Shown here piece by piece: positions 24,634-37,822 of a stretch of 64,000 bases of DNA (position 1 is the stretch's first letter; every line of letters starts with the position of its first letter). A program made the position numbers and the translations under genes. The DNA comes from Callorhinchus milii (taxonomy: Eukaryota). The stretch lies in assembly GCF_018977255.1 (NCBI RefSeq), contig NW_024704743.1:39434001-39498000 (forward strand), written 5' to 3'. Below the pieces are notes generated by a model that made no database searches, had not been told where the DNA came from, and saw only the letters and a list, made by a program, of their open reading frames with translations.

Positions 24634-25384
24634 ATTAAATCGCTAATTCATACAATAAACAAAAAAAACTTATACTTTTGGCTGCATAATCAACAAGATT
24701 ATTGAACATGTTAAATAAATTCCTGAGCTGACTTCCACACCCTTATTGTTAAAATGGGAACTATATAATTCATTGAAAATAATACACAGACTGTCACTTA
24801 CATGAAAGGATCCAAAGTCACTTTTCTTTGGCCCACATTCCTCCACTGTTCATAGTTTCATCTTATGATTACAGTAGAGATTTGTGAAGCGAATGAGATC
24901 AGATAATGCATATATTGTTTTAGAGCACTTAGCAAAAGTTCAAATAATTTATTGCTCTGTTGATAAGAAATAGCCGTCTCATTAAAATACCAGAACCCTG
25001 AGGAATGGCTGCAATGTTCTGGAACTCAACGCAAAGGAACAAGGTTAGTGACATATTGGTAATCAGTTAAAATCACAACCTTTACTGATGTCCATAGAGG
25101 CCTATTGTTAGGTCTCTACACACCTGCTACACAGGACATTGCAGAGCTGTGCATCATTTTGTATAATAGGATAGGTATAACTGAACATCAAATTATCTGC
25201 TCTGATCACAGTCATGCATTGTGTGCATGAACCTCAGCTGGCCCAGTTACGTATGGTTGTTTAGCAAATTCCTAATCTGTTCAGATGGCTTTGCACGGCT
25301 GGTAACAATAAAGCAATAATAGTAATCACCAAAGGGACGAAAGGCTTTGGAAGTCAGACTTAGCTTTTCTCTGGTAGGGGTATA

Positions 25385-25495
25385 TAACAACAATAACAAC
25401 TTGTATTTATTTTGCGCCCTTCATGCCGGGCAGCGTCTCAGAGCACTTAACAGTGGTGGATCCTGACTCCAAGCCAGGGGGAGGGAGGAAATGAC
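25385..25495 (-). mobile_element. L2 3' tail, subfamily B
   Basis: (AAC)n plus gcgcccttcatgccgggcagcgtctcagagcac. Confidence 0.8.
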
Positions 25496-26084
25496 TGTAT
25501 AAAACAGATAAAAACAAATGTGAAATCTCGAGACTTGAAACATAAATTAAAATGTAGGAAATGCATAGCAAGTCAATCTAGTCATTGAAAACAAAGCTAG
25601 GTTATAACTCCAGTCATTTAACTTTTAATGTGATTCGCTGCACATTTAAAATGTCACCTTACACAGGAAATAATAAGTGAAGTAAAGATGTCCTTCTTTG
25701 TCACTCAAGTACTCACTCTTGGATACGTATTCAGATTCTAGTTTATTGACATTTGCAAAGAATTTTTAAAAAAAGTTTAATATATATTTTTAAAAATTTA
25801 AATAACACTTCTGTGCGAAAATTGAAGGGAAAATTCAATAGGATGAATTATCACCGTGAGGAAATACAACCATTTTCAATGCCTCATAACAATCTATCTC
25901 CTGAAACATGCACGCACACACACACACGGACATACAGACTCCATTGAAATCACTGGGCTGGCATGTCAGTCACTTTTCAGGTGTCAGTCAAAAAATTTAC
26001 AAAAGCTATAAGCCAAATTGGAAATTGTTGCCAAAATTCATTGCAATTAAAATCCAAAGAACATTCCTTCTTCATCTAATCCAG

Positions 26085-27912
26085 TTCCTGAGCCAGGGGG
26101 CAAGGTTGGGGAGGGGGTAAGGTGATCGTAAGCATGATTAAAAGAGAAAAGTCTTTAAGCAGGAATTGAAAGTAGGGGACATTGCTATGGGATTGAGGGA
26201 GAGAGTTCCAGAGTTCGGGGCGTAGTGGATGAAGGCACGACCAACAACAACAAATTACAATTTAATTTGTGGAGCAACTTTCACATCAGGAGGATGTCCC
26301 AAAGTGCTGGATAGTCAGGGACCTGCACCCGAGCTTGTTATTGGGATCAGGAAGGATGGCAGGCAGGGAAGGTAAGGGTAGGAGGGTGACCAAAGCCGCG
26401 GTCGAAGAGGATGGTCTTGAGACGGGTCTTGAAGGAGGCAAGGAAGGGGGACGATGTGGAGGGACTATGGGATGGAGTTCTAGAGGGTAGGGGTAGAGAG
26501 GGTGAAGGCCCGCACATCAATGGTGGGGCAGGCAAGTCGGGTTATAAAGCAGGTCAGAGCCCGCTGAGCGGAAGGAGCGGGCAGGTTGGTAGAGAGGTCA
26601 TAGAGATAGTGGAGCAGAGCCATGGAGGGCTTTGAAGATGAGGACCAGAATCTTGAACTGTATCCTTTGAGTGAGGGGGAGCCAGTGGTGCCATCACTCC
26701 AATGATATTGGAGTGGAGGAGACGAGGAACAAACAGGAGGCCAGAGCCAGCTTAGCGGAGGCAGCGGGTAGTGGATTAGGGGATAAGCAGATTGGAAAGG
26801 TAGGGAGGTGCGATGGCATGAAAGAATTTGAAAACAAGTGAGAAGTTCTTGAAATTGATCTGTTCGGCAATTGGGAGCCAGTGGATCCTGGCAAGGACTG
26901 GTGTGATGGGGGTACAGAGTTTTGTGCGTATGATTAACTGGGTGGTGCAGTTTTTAACTGATTGAATTTTGTGAATGGTGGAGTTGTGGAGACCAGCAGG
27001 GAGGGCATTTGAATAGTCCAGCCGGGAAGTGACAAAGGTGCGGACGAGGGTTTTCTGCTGCTTTGGTTATGAGGTATGGATAGACGCGGGCAATGTAACG
27101 GAGATGGATAAGAGTGGATCTGGTCAGGTAACGGATGTGGGGTAGAAAGAAAGCTGGGGATTGAACCTGACACTTATGTTGTACATGGGTTTGGTGAGGC
27201 TGAGGGGAACCCAGGGAGGATGAAGAGTTCAGATCCACAGGAGAGAAGACATTGGCGGGAGCCAAAGAGTATGGCTTCACTCTTGATGACATTCAGCTGC
27301 AGGAAATTTGTGGTCATCCTGGTCTTGATATTCGTCTTACAAGCTGACAGAACATCAGCAATCTGGGAGTCACAGTTGGAGGAGGAGAAGTAGATTTGGG
27401 TGTCATCTGCATACATGTGGAAGTTGACCCCATGTCTGTGGATAACATCACTGAGAGGGAGCATGTAGATAAGGAAAAGAAGGGAGTCAAGGATGGAGCC
27501 CTAGGGGTACCCTGCAGGTGACCGGGGAGGTGGGAGGAAAAAACATTTGCCAAGATATATTGTTTGTTAAGTTGGACTCGAACCATTTGAATGCAGTTCC
27601 ACTAAGGTGGATGAGGGAGAAGAGGCGGTGGAGGAGGATGGTGTAATCGACTGTGTCGAACACAGCAGAGAAGTCCAGGAGATTGAAAAGGCAAAGGGAT
27701 CCCTGAGAGAGGACGTCATATGTTACTTTGGTGAGCACTGTCTCTATACTGTGGGAAGGGCGAAAACTGGACTGGAGAGGTTTGAATCGGGAACGGAAGG
27801 AGAGGTGTGAGCGAAGTTGATTTGCAATGATGCGTTCCAAAACTTTGGTCAGGGAGCGAAGGTTTGAGGTGGTTCTGAAGTTTGTGAGGTTAGAGGGATC
27901 AAGGTTAGTTTT
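26085..27912 (-). mobile_element. L2 LINE RT-region fragment with a nested second L2
   Basis: [16 protein letters not shown] (RT catalytic motif), LLDFSAVFDTVD; frameshifted; interrupted at about 26243-26695. Confidence 0.93.
26243..26692 (-). mobile_element. L2 3' end, subfamily A, nested insertion
   Basis: Has its own (AAC)n tail and 'SFKTRLKTILFDRGF'; the host L2 resumes after it. Confidence 0.85.
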
Positions 27913-29414
27913 CTAAGAAGATTTTTTAACAATCTGATATCCCCAAGCTTTAGATCTTGCAATTTTCTCCAGAATTAGACAAGCAAAGTGTATCCCTCAG
28001 GGAGAATGCAAATTCAATTCCATAAATGTAAATTTCCATGTGAAGGTGGCATTATAGAAATTGCAGTCTGGTTTGGATACTGGTTTGTGGTTTCCACACA
28101 GTTCAGATACCTGTCTGACCAAACAAAAATCACTACATAGGCCTTCAATGTGACATTCTTAAAATTATAAAGCAGACAAAATTGCCTGTGCTTCATTGTT
28201 CATCATGTAAGGTGTTATAAACAGGAATAATACTGCCTTACTATTCTTTAAAACAACATACTATAAATAACTTAACTCGAGTGTTATTCTGCAAAGCAGC
28301 TCTTCAATTTGGTGCAATTACATATTTAGGCTGATCAGCACTGAATTAAAATGACACCCGAAATGGTTTGAAATACAGCTACATAGCAAACCAAAAGATG
28401 TGGATTTGAAGTGATAACTATCATTTCAATTCTGTAAAGAAACGTCGGAAATTTACTGTCACAATAGTTTATTGCTGGGCTATGAGAGTAGGAATAATCT
28501 ATTAAAGTTAGTAGTTCAGAGTTAAATAGTGGAGCTATGGTAATGAGTAAATAATCAGGAGTTTTTATATTAGCATTTATACAGAACCTTTCCTCAAGAG
28601 AATGAGTGGATGCGTGGAATCCATGAAAGGGTAGATTGTAGATAGACTGGGAAAGAACATGCTGCTGAGCAAAATGCCTTTTGGCGTAAATGTTTTGCTA
28701 TATTCTTACTGCTTTGCTATTCCTTTACCTATAATTTATTGAAAAGTAAATCTCCAGGGCTCAAATCACATAACTTGCTTTCATTTATCAGTGAGTGAGC
28801 ATTTTGTGGAATGAACTATCCAGAAAAGCATTAGACATTAGGAAATTCAAGAGTGAATCAGAATAGATGTTTGGAGAAGAAATTGACTGAAGGGTATGAA
28901 ATAAAATGGTGGAGGATTTGTTTTTAACTTGGAGGAAAGCCCGATAGTCCATCCATTCATATGCTTTAATGTACAATGGGACCTATTGTGACTAACTTAC
29001 TGTTGTGTTATTTCATATCTTTATTTCATATAATCCTGACCTAGGTTTTCTGAGACTTTAATCTCACATTTCTTCTTGTGTACCCACAAGCAAAACGCTG
29101 CACCAAGCAAGGTCTAGAAACTCACAATATATTATGATGCTTTGTTAAAGATAGATGGATACATTAGCTCCATTTATTTGTGATATATACCTCTAATTAA
29201 TCTAGTAGAAATGATTTGAATATTGCGCTTACACTTATAAACAACAATTACCCATTATATAGCACCAATCATGTCAGGAGGATATCTCAAAGTGCTTCAC
29301 ACAACTGCCTTGGAGTCTGAGCTGAGATGGAGATAAGCAAACTGGGCAGGGGAGGGTGGGAGATTACCTTTCTTTCAGATAAACCATAGTAACAGCAGAG
29401 GAGGGCACAGATTA

Positions 29415-29900
29415 TAACAACCCTTGCATTTGATGTAACACCTTATGTTGTTAAGATGATTAATAATGCTTCACAGGATATACTGCAAAATACAGTGACT
29501 GTGCATATTTTATGGGTGATCGTGGCAGCCAATTTACCAGAACCTTTCCTCAAGCGAATGAATGGATGGGTGGAATCCATGAAAGGGTAGATTGTAGATA
29601 TAACCATGAAGTGAATGACCATTTTATTTGGGGGATTGTTGGCCAGGACACCTGGAGAAAAAAACTCCCTTCTCTTTTTGAGTAATGATATGGGATCTTT
29701 AATATCCACCTGTACAGGCAAACAGGAACTCAGTTTAACATCTCATCTAAATGACGTAACTTCCAATAATGCAGGTCTTCCCCCCCAGCACTGCACTGGA
29801 GTCAGTTTAGCCTGTGAGTTGAAAGTCCCACCAGGTGAAGCTTGAACCCACAATCTTCTGACTCAGGTTTGCGAGCGGTACCAACTGGGCCAGACTGATG
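29415..29900 (-). mobile_element. Older Deu-type SINE, full length
   Basis: Reverse complement aligns with 19535-19948. Confidence 0.85.
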
Positions 29901-31239
29901 CCCGCAATGCACAGGAAGTGAAGTCAGAGGTGACCCAATGACCATGAAGTCAGCCATTTTTAGTCTAGTTAGTGCTGGAAGCTGGGTTAACCTCACTTCC
30001 AGTTAGTTCAAGTCTACAGCATACACCATTATTGTAAGTGAACCCGTGCTAAAACAAGGGGCATAATAATAGGGTCAAACTGTAATTGTAAACTATAAAT
30101 GTAACAAATTTAATCACAGAGATAATTTAAGTGAAATAATAGGAGAGAAATGCTTTTGATCAACCAGGTGTCTGACTCATGCAGTAACCACATCATTTTG
30201 CTAAAGAGTCTTCAGACTAAAGCACTGAGAACTTCAATAGAGAAAATATTAAATCTGTAAACTGCTAAAAAAACATCTCAATTTAATTAATCATGAAAAG
30301 CAGTGGCATTTTTATTTTGAGGAAATACCAAAGGCATGATTCCTTCACTTGCATAAAAACCCTAACTTCTAGCTTCTGTGATAGAGAAAAATTATGGCCA
30401 ACAAAAGCCAATAAATTGGTTGTTCTCAATTGTTGCCATGTGTGATATGAACTGTACATTTAGTCATATTAGGTTCAATGGGGACTGATTAACAAACCAG
30501 TAAAAGTCGAAATTTGCCATCAAGATATTAAAGATTTTAGGTGATCAAATGGAAACTAAAACATAAATACAAATTAGAAGCTTCCATGCATAATGAACTA
30601 ATTGAAAAACTTGTACAAGATATTCAATTGATCAATCTAACCATTTTAAATTATTTAACTCTCAATACAAAATTCTCCCCTTTCACCTCCCTGTCCTTTA
30701 GACCTCCGTAAACTGATTTTATTCAACATAATTCTTGAAGGTAAATTGTAGTATATTTCCCAATGAATAGAGAACAGATTTGTAGTACTATGATACATAA
30801 AGTCTGGAAGTCACTGCCAGACAGCGTCAGTAAATTTTATTAAGGCTTTTTTATTTTGAAGGAATTCAGGAACCAGCTGCATTCAATTGATCTTTGAAAT
30901 AGAACGCACACTGTATTAATGTTACTTGGCTCTCTGTTTGGTGTGGAAGATTTACTCCACATTTCCAATTTCCCTAGTACTGATATGATTGAATGAAGAC
31001 AAAAGAACAAGCCTGCAGGGCAAGGCCTGCCAAGTCCTGCAGCCAGTGAGTCTTGTACAATATTACCAAAAAGCTTCGAGGCATCCTCCTGAATTATTAG
31101 ATGCTATAGAAATGTAAATTGTATTGATTATGCTCCCACCTGAATTCTCATTTAAACTCTGAGATTTATAATCCCAGCTCCATAAAACAGAAAAAAAACA
31201 TATTTGTATTTTTACAGGCCCTCATCATGTCAAAATATT

Positions 31240-32525
31240 AACAACAACTTGAATTTATATTGCGCTCTTATCATGGGGTAGCATCTCAGAGCGCTTAACA
31301 ATGGCAGTTTCATTATTAGATGAGGAGAATGGGGAGGTTACCATAGGCACGGTTGAAAAGGAAGATCTTCAGGTGGAATCTAAAGATAAACAAAGCGGGG
31401 TGGGTTTGAGGTAGGGGCTTCTAATTTTGGGGTGTATGGCTGAAAGCACAGCTGTCGATGGTGGATTGGAAGGGGTGAGGGACAGAAAGCTGGTCTGGCT
31501 AAATAAAGGGAGCAGGCAGAGGAATGGTGTGTAAGCAGGTTTGAGAGTTAGGGAGGTGCTAGAGTGAACTGAGGTCATTTGTAGTTGAGTGAGCCATAAG
31601 GATCATGAAGTCGATCTGTTCTGCATCAGGGAACCTTTGGAGCCTGGCAAGAACTGAGGTGATGAAGTTGCAGAGTTTGGTATGGATGAGGATACAGGCA
31701 GTGGAGTTTTCAATCAGTTGGATTTTATGAATGGTGGAGCTGGAGAGATTAGCGAGGACAGCATTAACTTAAGACTGGAGGTGATGAAAGCATGGATGAG
31801 GGTTTTGGATGCATTGTGTGTGAATTATGGCCTGAGGCAGGCGATATGGCAGAAATGGAGGAAAGCGGTCCAGGTTAGGATGTGCAGTAGAAAGGACAAC
31901 TCAGGATTAAACCTGTCATCATGGTTGCACATAGGTGCAGTGAATCTGAGGCATAGGCTGGGAAGGTTAAGAAGGTCAGAGCCACAGGTGAGAAGACATT
32001 GATGAGAGGCAAGGAGGATGGCTTTGACTTGTCCATATTTAGCTATATCAAGTTGGCGCTCATCCAGACCTCAATGTTCTGACATCAAGCACCAATCTTC
32101 TGCAGAATATCAGTAGGTCTGGGGTCGTGGCTAGAGGAGAAAAGATAGATTTTGGTGTCATTTGTGTATACGTGGGACTGTGGATGATATCACCAAGAGG
32201 GAGCATTTAATTGAGAAAAATGAGGGAGCCAAGAATAGAGTATTAGGGTATGCCGCAGATCACCATGCGAGAGTGGGAGGAGAAACAATTAGAGGAGATG
32301 AAATGGTGGCAGTGGGTCAAGTAATAATAGTAAGAAGACTTGAACCAAGAGAGGGCAGTCCCACTGAAGTGGAGGAGGCGGGCGAGGCAATCGAGAAGGA
32401 CACCATAATTGAGGAGCAGTAGAAGCCCTGTTTGCAGAGGGAGCGAGAGAATGTAAAGGGAAACCAGACTTGAGGGAAAGATGTGAATGAAGTTAATTGG
32501 CAACAATGCGTTCCAGGACACTTCA
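31240..32525 (-). mobile_element. L2 LINE fragment, old
   Basis: (AAC)n tail; 'LLHFSGTALSWFKS' and 'ICGIP' RT remnants. Confidence 0.85.
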
Positions 32526-32793
32526 TGCTTCTTTATAACTATTTTATTTAAAAGGGATTAATGAAGAATACTCTCACCAGTCATGATCTCTCAAAAAACA
32601 AATTTGACATATTTTTGGTGCTGAAGCATGTGATGTCATTATCAGGATACTGGCTTTGAGAAGACATGGAGGCCTAACAATCTTGAGGGAGCTGAATTAA
32701 CATCAGTAATGATATGGCTTCGGGGATATTGTCATTTCAGCCATCTGTTGTTTCAATTAATTCCTTTGCACTGCCATGAATTTGTTCACTTAT

Positions 32794-33145
32794 TGTGGAG
32801 TCCTGTAGCGTATTGGTTAGAGAAACCCAGGTTCTCTCACAAGCGAGAGGACCTGAGTTCAATTCACGGCAAAATTTTATGCAAATTTCCTTACTCCACA
32901 CGCCTGTTTACCTAGCAGTCACTAGGAACCCGTTTGCTAGTCGTTTGGCGGATCGCTTTTCCGGGGGTAAAAATCTCTTGAAAAAAATTAAATAATAATT
33001 CAATCCACAGCTGTTTGTGGGTCACTGCTGTGCACAATTGGCTGCCATGTTTCATCCACAAAATATAGTCAATTCACCTTAGAGTATATTCTGCGAAGAG
33101 CTTTGAAAAGCATCAAAGCCATTATGTCAAATGTAAGGATCTATT
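32794..33145 (+). mobile_element. tRNA-derived SINE, long variant
   Basis: Head gtggagtcctgtagc, extra segment ctgtttacctagcagt...ggcggatcgcttttccgggg, tail. Confidence 0.9.
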
Positions 33146-34009
33146 GGTATGATTCAGGCCTAACATAAAATGTCATTTCACTCGCTCCATCTATGGTTAA
33201 GCGTTCCGAGATGTTACCCGTCATGAAGAGCTCTATATAAATGCAAGGTGTTGGTGGTTACACTTGTCTCTTTCCCCCAAAACTCCAAGAAGCTGGATAA
33301 TGTGCTGCCCCCTCCGCACTTGCTGAATGACAGCAGATCATTTTTATTCTTTTAGTGACTAAAACCCTCACTCTACACTTTTTATGAAATGTGCTAGGCT
33401 AGCCAGCCATGGTGTCAGTCTCCAGCAACATGCTTTCAATAGGTGCATTCAGTGAGCAACTAATTCTAGCACAAGGGCCCATTGGATAACACATTTGGCT
33501 GCATGCACATCACAGGAGCTGAAACCAAAGCGTGTTCCACATACGCCATGACCATAGAGCTAAGTCTGTTACTCATTTAAATGAGGTTATCGGATGCAGA
33601 GACAGTTTTGGCACTTGGGAAATTGAACTAGGAAACATTAAACTCTTGAACATAGACAAACCCCTTTGGGCTTTCAGAACAATGATCAACTACAGTATTT
33701 CCTTTCACATCTGCAAATATTCTTCTTCCAATGATAAATGGTGCAAAGTAGGCTTCCAGAATTGTACAAAATCACAGAAAATTCCTCAATAATGTTCTGG
33801 GGATACTTAGCTGTATTACATTTCTCAGTCTGTTGCCAATATTCTAATACAGTCCTTATGGGCTATAAATCATTCACAGGTGGTGGATAACCAAGTTACT
33901 CACTGATCTTACATACTGTTACCTCTGGAATTCTGGAAATAATGAGGCGAGCTTGGTGTTCACAAATATGACTTCATGATGTGGTATAACTTGCAGTATT
34001 CTCCAAACA

Positions 34010-34235
34010 ATGACAACAACAACTTGCATTTATATAGCACCCTTCACAGAGAGTAATGTCTCAGAGTGCTTCAGAATGAGAGGGTCAGATTCTGAGAAAG
34101 AGGGATTAGGCCGGGAAAATAGGGAGCTGCAGTTGAAGAGGTAGGTTTTAAGGCGGGATTTAAAAACAGATAGAGAGGTGATGAGACAGAGGGTTAAGGA
34201 AGGAAGTTCCAGAGGTTGGAAACATAATAACTGAA
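34010..34235 (-). mobile_element. L2 3' end, old
   Basis: (AAC)n, tail stem-loop, 'NLWNFLP'. Confidence 0.75.
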
Positions 34236-34332
34236 ACTAAAATAACTGACTAATTGTAATTTATAAAGGGTAGGATATGAATGCAGAGGGTCGCTTTTAT
34301 CACCAAAGTCCAAAAAAAGTTGGTTGAGCAAA

Positions 34333-34505
34333 TAATAATAATCCTTGCATTTGATACAGTGCCTCATCATATTTTCGAGACATCTCAAAGCACTTCACAG
34401 ACTATACTGTAAAGTGAATTGACTGTATAATATTTTGGACAAAATGCAGCAGCTAATTGAGCAGAGCTATGTCCCACAAACAGTCTTGGATTGAGTGACC
34501 CAATT
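34333..34505 (-). mobile_element. tRNA-SINE 3' half
   Basis: aataataataatccttgcatttgata...gtcccacaaacag. Confidence 0.85.
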
Positions 34506-35757
34506 TGTTTTTAATTTCAAAAAAATAAATTGAATTCTTTCATTTCACACTTTGGCAGTTTCACATTTAACCATTTTGTAAGTATTGAGAATTAGACGCC
34601 AAAGTGGAATTCGCAATTAAGCATTTTCACTCGTCTGCAAATGTTGCAAGTTAGAACGTAATGTCTGGATGGGGCACCTCATTGCTGCGGTACACTTAAG
34701 TATACTTAATAAAAGTCTAGTGTGAGGGTTTTAGCTGGTAAAAGAATAAAAAATCCTGGTCAATCTGCCCGAAATAGAGTCCAAGGTTCCAAACACAAGA
34801 CCTCTCACTTTTCCCATAATTCTCACACAGCCCAACTGTTACAGTATTAACAGCTTTAATTGTACCAAAAAAAGCAATTCCTCAATCTGCGTAATGTAAT
34901 CTTACCAACAACTATGAACTCCTGAAACCTCATTCGGTATTGGAGTATTAAAATAAAAGGAAACCTTTAAAGTGTTTCGTGGAGAAATATGGTGGTGCCA
35001 GGATTCAGTAATAATCTTTGTCAATTCTTTGTTAAAGAATGGATACTTACTGAACAGCTGGACTTGCCTCTGGGAATTGGCACAAAGTCTAAATGCTTTT
35101 GCTGACTGTAGCAAAAGCACTTTCTGGCAATCCTTGTTGGCTGCTCAATGTGCAAGATTTATTTTTTAGCCCGATGACTTGACTCTCCTTGGCATTTCTG
35201 CTAGATTAATGATACTGAGTGATTTGCTGTGCACTCTTATATGTTAGTTAATTAATACATTCTGAATTAACTTTGTCATTATTTGCGAACTAATGTTGTT
35301 CAAAGGGATACAAGAATTTCCGAAATAACTGTGGTGTTGGTGGTGGTGGTGGGGGTGTGAGGACAGGGGAAAGGAATTTACTGTATATCAAATAATAGCA
35401 CAGAACTGAGCCAGTCTGAACACATTAAACAAGGAATAATATTGTCACTTCTAGCCTGAATTTTTGCAGGAGCAACTTATAGAAATGATGAAAATAAATC
35501 TTAAAGTCACAAGATAATCCACTGTGATCCATTAGTGGATGATTTCTGGGAAGGTGAAGTCACATGTAAGGCATGTTGGTTTGCGTTTAAGAGATCTACT
35601 CTGTGTTGCGCTGTGCTCCATTTTCATCTTAAAGTCAGTGGCTTTACTTCAGTTCATTCAACCTTATGGATTTGTGTAGACTTGTTGCAAAAATCTTGTT
35701 TCACATGTAAATTAGCACAAGGTTAAAAAACTGCAAATTTTACTTTAATCTTATATG

Positions 35758-36100
35758 TTGCAATGCAACAAACCCCCAACACTGCATTGGAATCTCATCT
35801 TAGACTATGTGAATCCAAGTCCCAATGTGGGACATGAACCCACAAACTTCTGCCTCAAAGGTGAGAGTGCTACCACTCTGCCAGGCTGGCACAAGTTCCC
35901 ATCTGCCTGTTCAGGTGCATGTTAAAGATCCCACAGCACTATTCAAAATGAAAATGGAATTCCTCCCAGTGTTCTGGACAACAATCTTTAAAATTGGTCA
36001 TCTACTTCATAACTGCTTATAGGACATTGCTCTGTACAAATTGACTGCTGTGTTTGCCTACAATTACCTAGTCAGCGCACTTTACAGTAAATCGCTTCAC
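35758..36100. mobile_element. Deu-type SINE with inverted 5' head
   Basis: 35758-35892 is the head on the minus strand; 35898-36100 is the body on the plus strand. Confidence 0.7.
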
Positions 36101-36123
36101 ACACACACACACAAACACACATA

Positions 36124-37195
36124 CAAGATTACATTTGTATAGCGCCTTTCACATTAGGAGGATGTCCCAAGGCGCTGGACAGTGTACAGCATTTCAGACC
36201 CAAGCTGGGGTCAGGGGGGAGAAGGGAGGGGAGGGGAAGGGGGTTGGCCGATGGCATGGTTGAAGAGGAGGGTTTTGACGCAGGACTTGAAGGAGGCTAA
36301 GGAGGGGGCGAGGCAGAGGATTGGGGGATGGAGTTCCAGAGGTTGGGGGCAGAGTGGCTGAAGGCTCTCCCGCCAATAGTGGGTCGGGTGGGCCAGGGGA
36401 CGTGGAGCAGGCCAGAGCCAGCTGAGCGGAGGGAGCGGGCGGATTGGTAGGATTGGATTATCTGCAGCCTATGGAGGGAGGAGTTGGGAAGGCCGACAAG
36501 CAGGGCATTTTCATAGTCGAGCCTGGAGGTGATGAAGGCATGAACGGAGTTGGGAGATGTTACAGAGGTGAGGGAAGGCAGAGCGAATCATGGCTGGCTT
36601 GGATGTGGGAAAGAAAAGACATTTGAGGGTCGAACAAGACACCGAGGTTCCTGATGGCTTGGTGAGTTGAAGTGTGCAACCATGGAGGTTGATGCTGCCA
36701 GAGCCTGAGGCGCTGAGGTGCTGGCGCGAGTCAATCAAGAGGGCCTCAGTCTTGTTTACATTCAACTGTAGGAAATTTGCTCTCATCCAGAACTTAACAT
36801 CTGACAGGCAGTCTGTCAGGACAGCAGTGGTCCTGGAGTTGAGGGTGGAGGCAGAAAGATACAGTTGGGTGTCATCCGCATACTTATGGAAGTTGACCCC
36901 ATGTCTGTGGATGATGTCACCAATGGGGAACATGTAGATATTAAAGAGGAGAGGGCCAAGGACAGAGCCAGACATGACAGTGCGGGGGCTGGAGGAGAAA
37001 CCGTTCGCGGCAACAAAGTGGAGATGGTGAGAGATAGGAATCAAACCAGGCAAGGGCATGTCCGCGAAGATTAATTAAGGAGGAAAGGCGGTGTATGAGG
37101 ATGGAGTGGTCGACAGCGTCGAAGGCGGCAGAGAGGTCGAGGAGGACAAGGAAGCAGAGGGAGCCCTGATCACAGATGTTCAGAATGTCTTCATG
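36124..37195 (-). mobile_element. L2 LINE RT to 3' end, internally deleted
   Basis: [56 protein letters not shown]. Confidence 0.95.
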
Positions 37196-37822
37196 TGCAT
37201 TCAGATACCCTCCAGACATAATAAGCCATAATAATAATATGCAAGAATAATTATTGCATATCAAATGAAAGGATTTTCATGATAGGATTATAAACCTTAT
37301 TGAGCAGTTTCTCACAAAATAATTAATTTGAGTGCATTCAGAAAAGAGTCAATGATGTAAATTACTTGCATGATCCTCAGCTAAACTGCTTGGCCTCAGC
37401 AGGGTGTGCAAAGGATGAGGTTTGGATCTACTCTGGATGAACTTGTTGAACTGACTTTATTTAGTTATCACTATTTGAGCTATTTGCAATTTTCTACTAG
37501 TTTAACTGAACAAAAGAAGAGTTAAGCCACTAAGTGTCCAATACTGCAATCTGGGAGCCTGATGTTCAATGTATGGCATCATTGGCTTCAATTTACAATG
37601 ACCGTGGCTGTCGTTGGCATAAAAGAAGGTTACCTCCAGCACACTCATGAACCAGTAATAATGAATACATCCAATGTGTTTTGATCAGCGTATTGATCAA
37701 CCCCATTGATATTATTTAGCATTGCATTTTTCACTTATGTTATATCTGAGATAACAGGTTTTTTTTAAATAAATCTTCTCATTTTTTATTAAAATGTATA
37801 GAAATAACCTGTATTTATGCAC

